Shown: one piece after another, positions 8,085 through 17,769 of the stretch
How positions within the stretch are numbered: position 1 is the first letter of the stretch
How the letters are laid out: every line of letters starts with the position of its first letter
Origin: Ostreococcus lucimarinus
Taxonomy: Eukaryota
Assembly: GCA_000092065.1 (NCBI GenBank)
Contig: CP000584.1
Reading direction: 5' to 3' (one strand)
Length of the DNA: 64,000 nucleotides
The notes under the pieces: model-generated
Databases searched by the model: none
What the model was told of the DNA's origin: nothing
Seen by the model: the letters and a program-made list of their open reading frames with translations, nothing else
Translations under genes and position numbers: made by a program

Positions 8085-8699
8085 ATGCCGTGGTTCGTGT
8101 GCGAGTCGTGCGGGGACACGCTGAAGAAGCCGAAGATTAAGGCGCACTTTAACCGCTGCGCCGCCGAGGCGTTCAGTTGCATCGACTGCAGCGCGACGTT
8201 CGATCGACGGAGCGTGCAGAATCACGTGGCGTGCGTGACGGAGCACGAGAAGTACGCGCTGGGGGCGACGAAGGGGGCGGCGGGACACGAGCGGGCGCGA
8301 GCGGTGGCGGCGGAGGGGACGGAGCGACGCGGCGGGGACGGCGGCGAGACGTTCGGAGAGGAGTTCCTGTCGACGAGGCCGCCGTGGAGGTGCTCGTGCT
8401 GCGGGGTGTCGTGCACGAGCGAGGAGACGCTGTCGGGGCACGCGAGCGGGAAGAAGCACAAGAGTAAGGCGAGGAGCGCGAGAGCGCGGGCGGCGGGCGA
8501 GACGCCGGGGAACGCCGAAACGGCCGAGGCGGTCGAGGCAAAGGCGAAGGATGAACGCGTTGAAAAGAAGGTGAAGAAGGAGAAGAAGGAGAAGAAGGAG
8601 AAGAAGGAGAAGAAGGAGAAGAAGGAGAAAAAAGGGAAGAAGTCTTCCGAAAAGGATTCATCCGACGACGGACCGAAGCGCAAAAAGGCGAAGAAGTAA
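8085..8699 (+). CDS. LYAR: LYAR-type C2HC zinc-finger nucleolar protein with a Lys/Glu-rich tail
   Basis: MPWFVCESCGDTLKKPKIKAHFNRCAAEAFSCIDCSATFDRRSVQNHVACVTEHEKY matches the LYAR N-terminal zf pattern (MVFFTCNACGESVKK...HV.C.SEDQKY). A second U1-like C2H2 finger is WRCSCCGVSCTSEETLSGHASGKKHKSK. The tail is (KKE)n. ATG at 8085 is in frame with ORF 7791..8699, whose upstream part is a low-complexity extension. Confidence 0.8.
   Translation: MPWFVCESCGDTLKKPKIKAHFNRCAAEAFSCIDCSATFDRRSVQNHVACVTEHEKYALGATKGAAGHERARAVAAEGTERRGGDGGETFGEEFLSTRPPWRCSCCGVSCTSEETLSGHASGKKHKSKARSARARAAGETPGNAETAEAVEAKAKDERVEKKVKKEKKEKKEKKEKKEKKEKKGKKSSEKDSSDDGPKRKKAKK
8574..8636 (+). repeat. coding 9-bp tandem repeat (GAGAAGAAG)n giving the (KKE)n tail of LYAR
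   Basis: Read directly: gaagaaggagaagaaggagaagaaggagaagaaggagaagaaggagaagaaggag. Confidence 0.5.
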
Positions 8700-8743
8700 G
8701 TCTGCTCTCGCGCGAATATCTAAATCTAATAACATTGCTAATA

Positions 8744-11281
8744 TCAAATCTTCACTTCTACTTCGTCGCCATCCGTGCACCGTTTGGACTTGAGCACGAA
8801 CGTCGGCGCGTCGTCGTCGGGCGAGCCGCTCACCAGGGAAAGTATGTGCGCGGCGCCGATAAAGTCCATGAAAAGCGAACCATCCTGAGCTGGCGCGATG
8901 CCCCATTTACCTTTGCCCCACGGCGTGTCGAGTGTACCATCTTTATGAAGGACTAATCCCGGATTACCTCCCCAAGATCCGGGTGCGGTCTCCGTCTTTT
9001 GCGACATCGCCAGAGCGAGCGGCGAATTATCGATGCCGTTGTGTTGCGCTCGCAACTTACACTCCTTCGCTCCCTTCCTCCCTTCGCTCCAGTTCCAGAC
9101 ATCAATCGCATTTGCTTCACCTTTCCAGTACTGCGCTATGACGGACACCATGCGATCGGGCTTTTCAGGGTGGTAGTTGATGTGCACGCTTGCGGGTCGG
9201 TGATCTGGGTACAGATCCTCGTCGTAACGCATGAAGCGGAACATGTACTTGGAATTCTGGAAACACATGTAGTTCATCACGCGCTGGCTCGTTCCAGAAT
9301 ACTTCTTATGCTTGGACTGACCCCAGAGATACACCTGCTCCTCGTTGTACGCCGTCTGGTCCCACGTATTCTTCTCCGACGCCATGCGTTCGGCGAGTCT
9401 TGACATCATCGCCTTCGTCTCGTGCGTCGCCGCGACGAAAAACAACCCGCTATTCCGTGCGATCAACCGTCGCTGACCGTTCCATGAGAAACCGTACGAC
9501 GTCGGATCGTCCCATCCATCGGTCATTCCTTCGACGTCGGCGTCTCGATAGATCAAGCGTTTGTTTCTCGCGCTCTCACCTGCAGCGAAAGGATCTTGCA
9601 TCCAAACCACATCCACATCCGATAACAACACCGACGTCCCAGTGGATACGAATTCATTCAACACTCGGAACTTTAATCCCGACGTCGCGTGATTGTCAGT
9701 ACTACCTGTGATTGACGTTAGCTCGCGGTGATAGTACGGCACCTCGCGCTGCTTGCACCAATCCGCAGTCTCGCTATCGAGAGCCACAATGACGTAGTTC
9801 GTGATCCCCGTCCGCTTCAACCCATCGATGTACAGCTCAAGCATGTGAAAGATGTTCTTGTTACTCACCGCCGCGAGAACTTCGCGGTTTCGCGCGACTT
9901 TTCTAACCACCTCGCACAAATCCGCAAACTCGTCGCACGCGACCGGGTACTCACCCTCGGGCTCGGCGATGTATCGCAGCTCTCGCGGCTTCGGTCCTAT
10001 TCTCTCGTCTGCCTTCACGATGCCACATTTCTCCCTTCGCATTACGTGCGCCTTCGCATCCTTAAAGTTGGGCTCTTGCGCCACGACGGCGTTTTCATCC
10101 GTCGTCTGACCGTCCCAATGCGTCGAACCGTCGGGCACGTGAGCGACGCTCCCCTTTTCGGCAAAACACTCCGAATTAAGTAATCGAAACGATACACCCG
10201 CACGCTGCCGCGCATCGTGCGCTGGTAGGAGAATTTCATCCGTGAGAGCGTCGTCGCTTCCGTCAAAGTCGGACGCTTCCGACGCCAACCAATGGACGAG
10301 CGAATACGTCGCTCGCGTAGGTCGAAGCACCACGAACGTCGTCCGAATGAGAGGAATCACCATCGATTGCGAGTACTGCGACCACCCCATGGCGGGATCA
10401 GCCATGCCTTGCACGCGTGCGCTCCTCTTTCCGTCTCCTCGAATCGTCGCGCTCACGTCGGCGCCGTCGTCGAGCAACGCCGTCAAAGGATTCGACGCGA
10501 ACTTCACCGTCGACGACGCCAGAGCGACGGCGTGCCCGCGTTGCAGCACCACCGCCGCCGTCATCCATCCTCCCTCGTTTCTGCTCGCACCCTCGCTCGG
10601 CAAATGCGACGGCACGCCGGCCGTCTCGCACGTCGCCTTCTCCGTCTCGCTCGTCGTCGCCACCAACACCGCGCGCGCCCCGGACGCTTTCGCCGCTCGC
10701 ACGCGCGCGTCGATCGTACCACCGTACACGACCAAAAATCCAAACTCCGCGGAATCTTCCGAGCGAAGTTTCGCGAGATGCGCGCACGCCGTCGTCTCGA
10801 GCGTCGCGTCCCGCGTCGCCTCTCGCGCCTCGCCCGGCGCCGCGCACGACGCCCTTCCTCGCGCCGCCTTCGGCGCGCGTTCGACCCACGCCTCGGGCAC
10901 GCTCAACTCACCGTGCGTCGACGTCCGCGCCGTCGCCATCGCGTCGCGCGTTGTCGTCGTCGTCGTCCCGTCGTCGCCGTCTCGCGCGCGTCCCGCGAAG
11001 TCTCCGCGCGCGTCCCGCGGTCGCGTCGCCTCCGGCGCGCGCTCCATCGCGCGCCCGCGCGCGTCGTCCGCGACCATCGCGCGCGCGTTCGCCGCGCTCG
11101 AGCGCGCGTCGCTCGAGCGCGCGTCGATGGTTTCGGGCGCGAAAGTCTCGCGCGCGGTGAACGGTGAACGGCCGCGCGCGGCGACGACGCCCAGCGCGAC
11201 GACGACGCACGCGATCGCGCCCGCGCGCGCGATGGCGCGCGTGACGCCGCGACGGACGACCCGGCGGACGACGCGCGCCAT
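8744..11281 (-). CDS. type-II membrane glycosyltransferase, GT77-like nucleotide-diphospho-sugar transferase domain (RRA/XEG113-like arabinosyltransferase family) with a PA-like N-terminal region
   Basis: ATG at 11281 and a signal anchor MARVVRRVVRRGVTRAIARAGAIACVVVALGVVAA. The Nucleotid_trans (GT77) core is YVIVALDSETADWCKQREVPYYH...FRVLNEFVSTGTSVLLSDVDVVWMQDPF...GLFFVAATHETKAMM...WDQTAYNEE. The N-terminal FGFLVVYGGTIDARVRAAKASGARAVLV segment resembles a PA domain. A C-terminal 120-aa GKGKWG region is unassigned. Confidence 0.7.
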   Translation of the reverse strand: MARVVRRVVRRGVTRAIARAGAIACVVVALGVVAARGRSPFTARETFAPETIDARSSDARSSAANARAMVADDARGRAMERAPEATRPRDARGDFAGRARDGDDGTTTTTTRDAMATARTSTHGELSVPEAWVERAPKAARGRASCAAPGEAREATRDATLETTACAHLAKLRSEDSAEFGFLVVYGGTIDARVRAAKASGARAVLVATTSETEKATCETAGVPSHLPSEGASRNEGGWMTAAVVLQRGHAVALASSTVKFASNPLTALLDDGADVSATIRGDGKRSARVQGMADPAMGWSQYSQSMVIPLIRTTFVVLRPTRATYSLVHWLASEASDFDGSDDALTDEILLPAHDARQRAGVSFRLLNSECFAEKGSVAHVPDGSTHWDGQTTDENAVVAQEPNFKDAKAHVMRREKCGIVKADERIGPKPRELRYIAEPEGEYPVACDEFADLCEVVRKVARNREVLAAVSNKNIFHMLELYIDGLKRTGITNYVIVALDSETADWCKQREVPYYHRELTSITGSTDNHATSGLKFRVLNEFVSTGTSVLLSDVDVVWMQDPFAAGESARNKRLIYRDADVEGMTDGWDDPTSYGFSWNGQRRLIARNSGLFFVAATHETKAMMSRLAERMASEKNTWDQTAYNEEQVYLWGQSKHKKYSGTSQRVMNYMCFQNSKYMFRFMRYDEDLYPDHRPASVHINYHPEKPDRMVSVIAQYWKGEANAIDVWNWSEGRKGAKECKLRAQHNGIDNSPLALAMSQKTETAPGSWGGNPGLVLHKDGTLDTPWGKGKWGIAPAQDGSLFMDFIGAAHILSLVSGSPDDDAPTFVLKSKRCTDGDEVEVKI

Positions 11282-11386
11282 CGCGCGCGGTCGCGCGTCG
11301 GGCGATGCGGCGACGCGCGCGGCGCTCGAGGCTGCGAACCGGCGCGCGCGCGTTTAAAAAGCTTTACATCGTAATCTAGCGTTCCG

Positions 11387-12154
11387 TCACATCGTCGTCG
11401 ACCAACTCGTGCCGCGAGTGTTGATGGCGGACCCCGGACGCTCGTCCCCGGCGGCGAACTGCACGGCGCTCAGCAGCTGCTCCACCTCTGGGTGGGCGTT
11501 GGTGTCGATGGCGACTTCGCCGCGAACGATCATTCTCGACGTCGGTAACTGCGCCTCGGGAACGCTGGCGTCGTTGAGGCCGTAGAAATCTCGCGTATCA
11601 TCGTCTCGCGTGCTAAAATACGTCACCTCGACCCCGGCGCCGATGAAGACGCCCTTGGAATACGAGTAGTGGTGCACGCCGACGGCTTTTCGCGCCTCGC
11701 GTCCGTCGACGTACTTTGAATCCATCCCGATGAACGCGCTTCCATCGATCGACCGACCCAGCGGTCCGAGCGACACGCTCGCCGTGAGTCCAACCTTGAC
11801 GCTCTGCTCGCTGAAGCACGTCTCCACCGCCTCATCCGTGTCCAGCACGTACACCTGCGCGTCCTCCTTGTACCCGACGCCGAACATCCCCGTCGCCCCG
11901 CCCCCGCTCAGCGCCACGGGCGCGCCCCACGCCTCGCTCCCGGGTTTCTTCGCGATCAACACGCCGTGCGTGAACGTGCCTCCGCCGAAGAATCCCACGG
12001 TGTACGACGTCAAGAACGCGATCCCTCGCGCCTCGCGAAGGTGTTCGGACCCGATCTCCATGTCCGTGTCCGCCGTCGCCGCGCTCGTGTAGTCCTCCAG
12101 CATGGCGATCGCGCGCAGGATCTCGCGCTTCAACTGCAGGTGTTTCGAGCTCAT
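11387..12154 (-). CDS. Ysc84/SH3YL1 (DUF500) actin-binding lipid-binding domain protein
   Basis: ATG at 12154. The protein begins MSSKHLQLKREILRAIAMLEDY and includes GIAFLTSYTVGFFGGGTFTHGVLIAKKPGSEAWGAPVALSGGGATGMFGVG...VKVGLTASVSLGPLGRSIDGSAF...YSYSKGVFIGAGVEVTYFSTR, the canonical Ysc84 domain. Confidence 0.8.
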   Translation of the reverse strand: MSSKHLQLKREILRAIAMLEDYTSAATADTDMEIGSEHLREARGIAFLTSYTVGFFGGGTFTHGVLIAKKPGSEAWGAPVALSGGGATGMFGVGYKEDAQVYVLDTDEAVETCFSEQSVKVGLTASVSLGPLGRSIDGSAFIGMDSKYVDGREARKAVGVHHYSYSKGVFIGAGVEVTYFSTRDDDTRDFYGLNDASVPEAQLPTSRMIVRGEVAIDTNAHPEVEQLLSAVQFAAGDERPGSAINTRGTSWSTTM

Positions 12155-12276
12155 CGCGCGCCGTGCGTCGCGCGCGCGCGCGTGTGGCGCCTCTCAGTGT
12201 CGTCAACGTTTAGTGTTACGACGCCGCGACGCCGCGACGCCGCGCGCGACGACGCACGGCGACGCGCGACGCGGGC

Positions 12277-13968
12277 ATGCGCGCGCGCGCGCGCGCGCGT
12301 CGCGACGCCGACGACGACGACGACGACGACGCGCGCGCGCGTCGCGCGCGACGCGACGGCGATGACGGTTGGTCTGCCGCGGCGAGACTGCGCGAGGCGT
12401 CCGCGCGCGGCGACGTCGCGGCGTGGACGGGAGACGACGCGCGCGCGTTCGTGAACGCGCGCGGCGTCGACGCGATCGCGGGCGTCGGACGCGCGCGGGC
12501 GAGGGAGGCGGCGACGGCGCTGTCGCGCGCGCTGGGCGCGACGCCGCGCGCGGGCGAGACGACGTCGGCGCTGACGACGACGACGAGGGACGAGAGACGG
12601 GCGCCTCGCGAGGCGGTCGACGACGGCGATGGTGATGCGCGCGATGCGTTCAGCGGACGACCGGGCGTCGCGCGAGGGGTGGAGCTGGACGCGGAGGCGT
12701 TCGAGGGGATTTTGGCGGACGCGTCGGAGCGACGGGACGCGCGGGCGCTGTACGCCGCGCAGGTGCCGATGGCGCGCGTGGGCGAATTGGATGTCGATGG
12801 AACGCTTTACGACGAAGGGTTTCGGAGGTTTTGCGAGAGGCACGACGCGCAGAGACATTGCTGGGTCAACGGCGCGAAGCGGGCGACGACGAATTTGCAC
12901 TACGACAACTACGATAACGTTCTCGCGGTGTTGTCGGGTGAGAAGCGCGTGCGCCTGATTCAACCTTCGTTCTGCGCGGGTGGTGGTGAGAGGCCGTTTG
13001 GGGGGGTGTGCGCCGGCGCCGACGACTCGAACCACGCGTGTGGAAAACTCGAGACGGCGCCGACGTGGCGTTTCTTCACGCTCGGGCCGGGCGAATCCAT
13101 TTTTATTCCGAGCGGTTGGTATCACGAAGTGACGTCGGCCCCGTTTACAGTCGCGGTGAGTCATTGGTGGCGAAACGATTTCAACGCAGCTCTCGAAACG
13201 GTGCTCCGTGACGGGAGACGCAGCACGTATCACTTTCGCAGAGCGTTTGAATCGGCGCTCGACGTCTCCGTACACAACGAAACCGAGTCCTGTCGCGCCG
13301 TTGTTCGCGAAATCATGGAACGCGAGCTCGTCAAAAATAGGACGCTGACGTATAGAGTACTCGATGCGTACATTGGCAACTTCGTTCCGTGGGACGACGT
13401 GTTTGATTTTTTAACGCGTCGCGGAACGAGTTTGATCACAAAGGAAAATCGCCTCGAGCTCGGAACGGAGCGCGAGTCTCGCAAAGAGAACGAAAAAACA
13501 GTGAACGCATTTATCACTCGCATTTGGTTAAAAGACGGCATCGACCTCTCCGTCATGACTCGGTACTTGAAAGCGATGACGCCTGACAAAAACATCGCCA
13601 CTGCGTTGAGTCACGCGCTGCGCGAAGCCCAATCATCCGCGTCTCGTTCGACGGAGGAATCGGACGCCAGTCGTGCGCATCACCATCACGATTGCATCTA
13701 CGCGCATCACTTCGACATATTTTGGCGTGCCGTGACGACGGCGCTCGAATCGGGCGACGCCGAGTCGTGGGGAGCGCTGTACGCCGCCGCGCGGTGCGAA
13801 GAATTTCCACGAAACGACGACGTCGTGCGAGCGGTACTGCGCAACCAAAAATACGCCGTCGCATACCGCGCGCAAGCGCTTCTACAGGACAACTTAGAAG
13901 ACGACGACGTGTGTTTCACCGTAGACGTTCGAGTGCGTAGACGTGCGGAGCTCGCAGTAGACTTTTAG
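12277..13968 (+). CDS. JmjC (cupin) domain protein
   Basis: HCWVNGAKRATTNLHYDNYDNVLAVLSGEKRVRLIQP...GPGESIFIPSGWYHEVTSAPFTVAVSHWW is a JmjC cupin fold with the H.D...H metal triad. ATG at 12277; an alternative in-frame ATG at 12769 would remove the acidic, low-complexity N-terminus. Confidence 0.75.
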   Translation: MRARARARRDADDDDDDDARARRARRDGDDGWSAAARLREASARGDVAAWTGDDARAFVNARGVDAIAGVGRARAREAATALSRALGATPRAGETTSALTTTTRDERRAPREAVDDGDGDARDAFSGRPGVARGVELDAEAFEGILADASERRDARALYAAQVPMARVGELDVDGTLYDEGFRRFCERHDAQRHCWVNGAKRATTNLHYDNYDNVLAVLSGEKRVRLIQPSFCAGGGERPFGGVCAGADDSNHACGKLETAPTWRFFTLGPGESIFIPSGWYHEVTSAPFTVAVSHWWRNDFNAALETVLRDGRRSTYHFRRAFESALDVSVHNETESCRAVVREIMERELVKNRTLTYRVLDAYIGNFVPWDDVFDFLTRRGTSLITKENRLELGTERESRKENEKTVNAFITRIWLKDGIDLSVMTRYLKAMTPDKNIATALSHALREAQSSASRSTEESDASRAHHHHDCIYAHHFDIFWRAVTTALESGDAESWGALYAAARCEEFPRNDDVVRAVLRNQKYAVAYRAQALLQDNLEDDDVCFTVDVRVRRRAELAVDF

Positions 13969-14017
13969 TAGATAGAATCCAAAATCCTCAAACCGCCGCG
14001 CTCGAGTAGACATCGAC

Positions 14018-14776
14018 ATGTTCGCCCTGTCCGCATCGACGGCGCACGCGCCTGCGTTCGCGTCCTACCCGTCGCACCCGCGTGCGCGCGCGCGCGCGCG
14101 TCGCGTCGCGTCGTCGTTCGCGCGCCAGACCTCTGTCCCAATCGCGCGCGTTCGCGACGCCATCGCGCGCGCCTCGAGCGCCGATGAATCGAACGACGAC
14201 GCGAGTGATACCGTGACGAGTGGTTCTTCTTTCGATGGGTTCTCCACGACGCCTGGTGACGAGGACGCGCAGTACATCGCGGACATGGTGACGGAGATCA
14301 AAGACTGGCTCAAGCTGCTGTACGTCAAGCGAGAGATGTCGTTCAACGAAATCAAGCTCACGGTCGGGATCGAGGACCCGAGATTGGCGGAAAATCGAGA
14401 GCGATACGGGATTGAAGACGAGAGCGGGGTGAGCGCGGACGAAAAGGTGGAGACGCTTGAGATGATTGAACGAGGGGAAACGCCGACGGATGCGCGAGCG
14501 GTGTCGACGCTTTTGGAAGAGTTTAGGAATTGGCCGGGATTGGACGCGGTGGTGGATCAAAGCGTGGATGCCGGTCCTTCGAGGTATGAAGAAATCGCGA
14601 TGCGATCGGCGGGCATCAAGACGTCGAACCCGCGGCGGGTTCGAGCGAAAGAGGCGGAGGAGGAAAAGAAGGAGGGCACGATTTTTGGCTTCTTGCCGTT
14701 GTACCTGGTGAGCGCGGTGCCGATTTTCATCACCGTCTTCGCGGTCGGTATCATGTTCGTCAACTCGCTACAATAG
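14018..14776 (+). CDS. hypothetical tail-anchored membrane protein with a transit-peptide-like N-terminus
   Basis: ATG at 14018. The N-terminus MFALSASTAHAPAFASYPSHPRARARARR is Ser/Ala/Arg-rich, the middle is acidic, and the C-terminus carries a single TM, IFGFLPLYLVSAVPIFITVFAVGIMFV. No family recognised. Confidence 0.45.
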   Translation: MFALSASTAHAPAFASYPSHPRARARARRVASSFARQTSVPIARVRDAIARASSADESNDDASDTVTSGSSFDGFSTTPGDEDAQYIADMVTEIKDWLKLLYVKREMSFNEIKLTVGIEDPRLAENRERYGIEDESGVSADEKVETLEMIERGETPTDARAVSTLLEEFRNWPGLDAVVDQSVDAGPSRYEEIAMRSAGIKTSNPRRVRAKEAEEEKKEGTIFGFLPLYLVSAVPIFITVFAVGIMFVNSLQ

Positions 14777-14804
14777 ACTAATTTTGTGACGCCTGCTAAT
14801 TCAA

Positions 14805-16271
14805 CTAAACCTCCCGAAACGGGTTCGTTTCGCGTCGTCGTCGCTGTTCGCTGCGTTGCCTCGTCTTCGTTCGAACGAAGCGATACACGATGACGCAAAA
14901 GCCAACGACCCAAGTAAGGCTTCCCATCGTCCACATGCGATGCATCCGTTCTTCGTGCGCAATTTCTCGCTCGACTTTTAACGTGGCTTTCCTCGCTAAC
15001 AGACGCTCTGTGGCGTCACCCGCACGCTCCGCTCGATGCATCACCGGGACTGGCGTCGGCTTTTGCGTCATTCTGGGTTTCACCTTAGGATCCTCTCGCG
15101 ATGGCTTCATCGGTACGTCTCTTCCTTTAGGTATTATCGGCAACGACTTTGTTTCGACTCGATGACTACGAGCGCCCCGCCCGCATTTCTCATCGTTGTA
15201 CTTTTTCACTGCGTCGTTGATCGCCGACACCGTGATGTACATAATTTTCACCTTGATGTAATTGTGACGCTCTTGCTGCAACGCGTGCGCGCTCGGGCGC
15301 TTCGGGTAAGGCACAACGGGGAACGGTTCCACATCTCGCGTGGCGCACGTCATACGCTCCAAGTGCCCAGGCTCCCAATGTTTATCCCACGAGTACGGGC
15401 CCTCGTCCATCCTCAAACCGTAGTGCACGATGAACGGGTCGGCGCTTGCCTCATCCCACGGCTTCATACCTGCGTACAGCTGTACGGATCGCATCACGTT
15501 GTGCGTCAACCCCGCCAACCCGCAACCGAAGACGAACCCGTACATTTCCGAAATCCACGGCCTTGGCGATTCCTCGGAGACGTACACGTCGCCGGTGCCG
15601 CGATACGGAAACCAAATCCTCTTATCCATGCGCACCTTCACCGTTTGCGCAAACCAGTGCGGCGTCATGTTCACAAAATCTTCAGCGTCAAATATCTCCC
15701 ACCCACCCACGGGCGCGAGCCTTTTCTCCACCTCCTCGTCCACGAACCACTTGGCCATTCCGTTCTTCGTGCCGACGAGATAATCGTATTGACCGCTCGC
15801 GGCGACGCCCTTGCTCGCTGGAATCTCTCTCACGCTCAGCGGTTTTAGCAACAACATGTCCGCGTCTAGCTTCACCACCCACTTTCGATCCGTGCCGACG
15901 TTTTGCGCCCAATGATTCATCCCTCCCGGCAAGTTATACGCAGAGTATCCGTCGTCGTCCCCAAACTTTTCCTTGGCGTACCACACGAACGACGGGCACT
16001 TGACCGTGTCCGGCACCACGTCCATGTGTTCGTACCGCGCGTACTCGTCATCCGTGCACGATATCAATCGCGTCATGCGTCCAGGGCTGCCAATCGCGCG
16101 CCACGACTCATACAGCGCGCGCGCCTGCCAAGTCATGTACGGTTGGCAATCGGCGGAAAAGACGTAGTGATAGTCATCGATCTCGCGTCGTTCGCTCGCG
16201 TCGTCGAGGTCGGCGAACGCCAGGGATGCGCGCGCGAGCAGCGCGACGAGCGCGAGGGCGCGCGCGCGCAT
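14805..16271 (-). CDS. HPAT/SGT-like glycosyltransferase (GT95/GT96 family: hydroxyproline O-arabinosyltransferase / peptidyl-serine galactosyltransferase type)
   Basis: ATG at 16271 with a signal or anchor MRARALALVALLARASLAFA. YHYVFSADCQPYMTWQARALYESWRAIGSPGRMTRLISC matches the HPAT core pattern YH.V.TA...Y..WQ.R..Y......PG..TR(L/I). A C-terminal TM is LTWVVGFCVIVYRF. Confidence 0.6.
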   Translation of the reverse strand: MRARALALVALLARASLAFADLDDASERREIDDYHYVFSADCQPYMTWQARALYESWRAIGSPGRMTRLISCTDDEYARYEHMDVVPDTVKCPSFVWYAKEKFGDDDGYSAYNLPGGMNHWAQNVGTDRKWVVKLDADMLLLKPLSVREIPASKGVAASGQYDYLVGTKNGMAKWFVDEEVEKRLAPVGGWEIFDAEDFVNMTPHWFAQTVKVRMDKRIWFPYRGTGDVYVSEESPRPWISEMYGFVFGCGLAGLTHNVMRSVQLYAGMKPWDEASADPFIVHYGLRMDEGPYSWDKHWEPGHLERMTCATRDVEPFPVVPYPKRPSAHALQQERHNYIKVKIMYITVSAINDAVKKYNDEKCGRGARSHRVETKSLPIIPKGRDVPMKPSREDPKVKPRMTQKPTPVPVMHRAERAGDATERLLARKATLKVEREIAHEERMHRMWTMGSLTWVVGFCVIVYRFVRTKTRQRSEQRRRRETNPFREV

Positions 16272-16406
16272 CGGGCGCGCGATGGAAAATGGAGTCGGGC
16301 GCGCGTCGCGGCGCTCTGGGATACTTCACGCTACATCTATTTTACACCTCGTCGCGAGTCGAACCGCGCGGCTCGAGCGACTGCTAATGATTCGCTAATA
16401 AACTAG

Positions 16407-17492
16407 TCACGGATCTAACATCCAAGGCTCGGCGGCGGCGAGGTCGATTTCTTTCGATCGAACGCGCTTGCTCAACGCCTTCACCGTGTGCGAATCCTTG
16501 GCGAGCTTTCGTTCGAGCTCCACGAGCCGACGACGATCGCTCGCGCGCGCTTCGTCGACGGATTGCAAAGCATCGCGAAGAAACTCGATGGTTTCGCTCG
16601 CCTCCGCGAGCATGGTCTCGGCTTGGCGCTTTTCTTCCGCGAGTCGACGAATCTCTTCGTCGCCGCGAAACGGCGACGCCGTGGGCGTCGGGGCGGGACT
16701 TCGTCGAGGCGTATCCGCCAACTCAACCGTCGCGGTCTCGATAAATCTATTTGGTGTTTTCACCGGTGGCGTGCGCGCGATGAAGTCTCTCTCTCTCGTC
16801 GCGACGCCGCGCGCCAAATCGACGGCGTTTCGTCTGAGCTCGAGCAAGCGCCGAGAGAACCCGTCGCGATTGAGATCGCGGCGCGACACCAAGCCCGCGA
16901 CGACGAACGTCCCGGCGAGTATCGCGCTCACGGTGATGATTTGTAAGACGAACAAGACCGCGTTCGCCGCCATTCGCAGCGAGCTCGGCAACACGTACAG
17001 CCAAGCGCCCGCGACGTACACGGCGCTCGACGCCGCGAGCGCTCGACGAACCCACGGCGCGTCGAACTCAACGCCCGTCACCGCTCGATACCACCGATCG
17101 ACGCTTCGCGCGAGCTGCGACACGTCCGCTTCCATCGCCGTCGGCGTTCCCGCCGTCGTCGGCGTCCCCGCGGCTCGAAACGCGCGCGCCGCGCTCTCCA
17201 TCGCCAGTTTCCCCGTTCGTCCCGCCCTTCGCATCGTCCGCCTGCGCCCGGACCCGACCGTCGGGCTCGTGACGTATCCATCGGACGTCTCCTCGCCGCG
17301 CGCGTCGTCGCCGCTCGTCGTCGGTCCCGCGGTGTCGTCGGCGTCCGGTGGATTGGACGCCTCGGGACACGCGCGGTGCCAGTACCCGTCCTCGCCGCGC
17401 TTCGTGTACCGCGCGTGTCCCACGCACGTGCGCCCGCACGCGCGACACGGTTTTTTCACCCTCGCCGGACCGGAGGGAGGGTCGGCGTCCAT
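16407..17492 (-). CDS. hypothetical membrane protein: N-terminal zinc ribbon, two TM helices, C-terminal coiled coil
   Basis: ATG at 17492 (MDADPP...). The ORF-track start at 17621 adds an Arg9 low-complexity leader. The zinc ribbon is CRACGRTCVGHARYTKRGEDGYWHRAC. The TMs are AVYVAGAWLYVLP and VLFVLQIITVSAILAGTFVVAGLV. The coiled coil is EEIRRLAEEKRQAETMLAEASETIEFLRDALQ. Confidence 0.45.
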   Translation of the reverse strand: MDADPPSGPARVKKPCRACGRTCVGHARYTKRGEDGYWHRACPEASNPPDADDTAGPTTSGDDARGEETSDGYVTSPTVGSGRRRTMRRAGRTGKLAMESAARAFRAAGTPTTAGTPTAMEADVSQLARSVDRWYRAVTGVEFDAPWVRRALAASSAVYVAGAWLYVLPSSLRMAANAVLFVLQIITVSAILAGTFVVAGLVSRRDLNRDGFSRRLLELRRNAVDLARGVATRERDFIARTPPVKTPNRFIETATVELADTPRRSPAPTPTASPFRGDEEIRRLAEEKRQAETMLAEASETIEFLRDALQSVDEARASDRRRLVELERKLAKDSHTVKALSKRVRSKEIDLAAAEPWMLDP

Positions 17493-17769
17493 CGCGCGGC
17501 GACGACGGCGTCGACGTCTGCGGGCGGTCGGCGTCGAACCGCGGCGTAACACCCACCTCGCGCGCGTCGTCGACACACGACGGCGCGCGGCGCGAGCGGG
17601 CGCGTCGATCGACGACGGCATGGCGGAACGCGCGCCGTTACTGATCGCGCGCGACGTCGAGGCGGCGGTGTCGACGCGCGAGGGCGCGCGCGCGACGCGC
17701 GAGGGCGCGGGCGAGGGTGTTGGGGCGACGGACGAGGATGACGGGTGGTTGGCGCGCGCGAGGGGCGCG

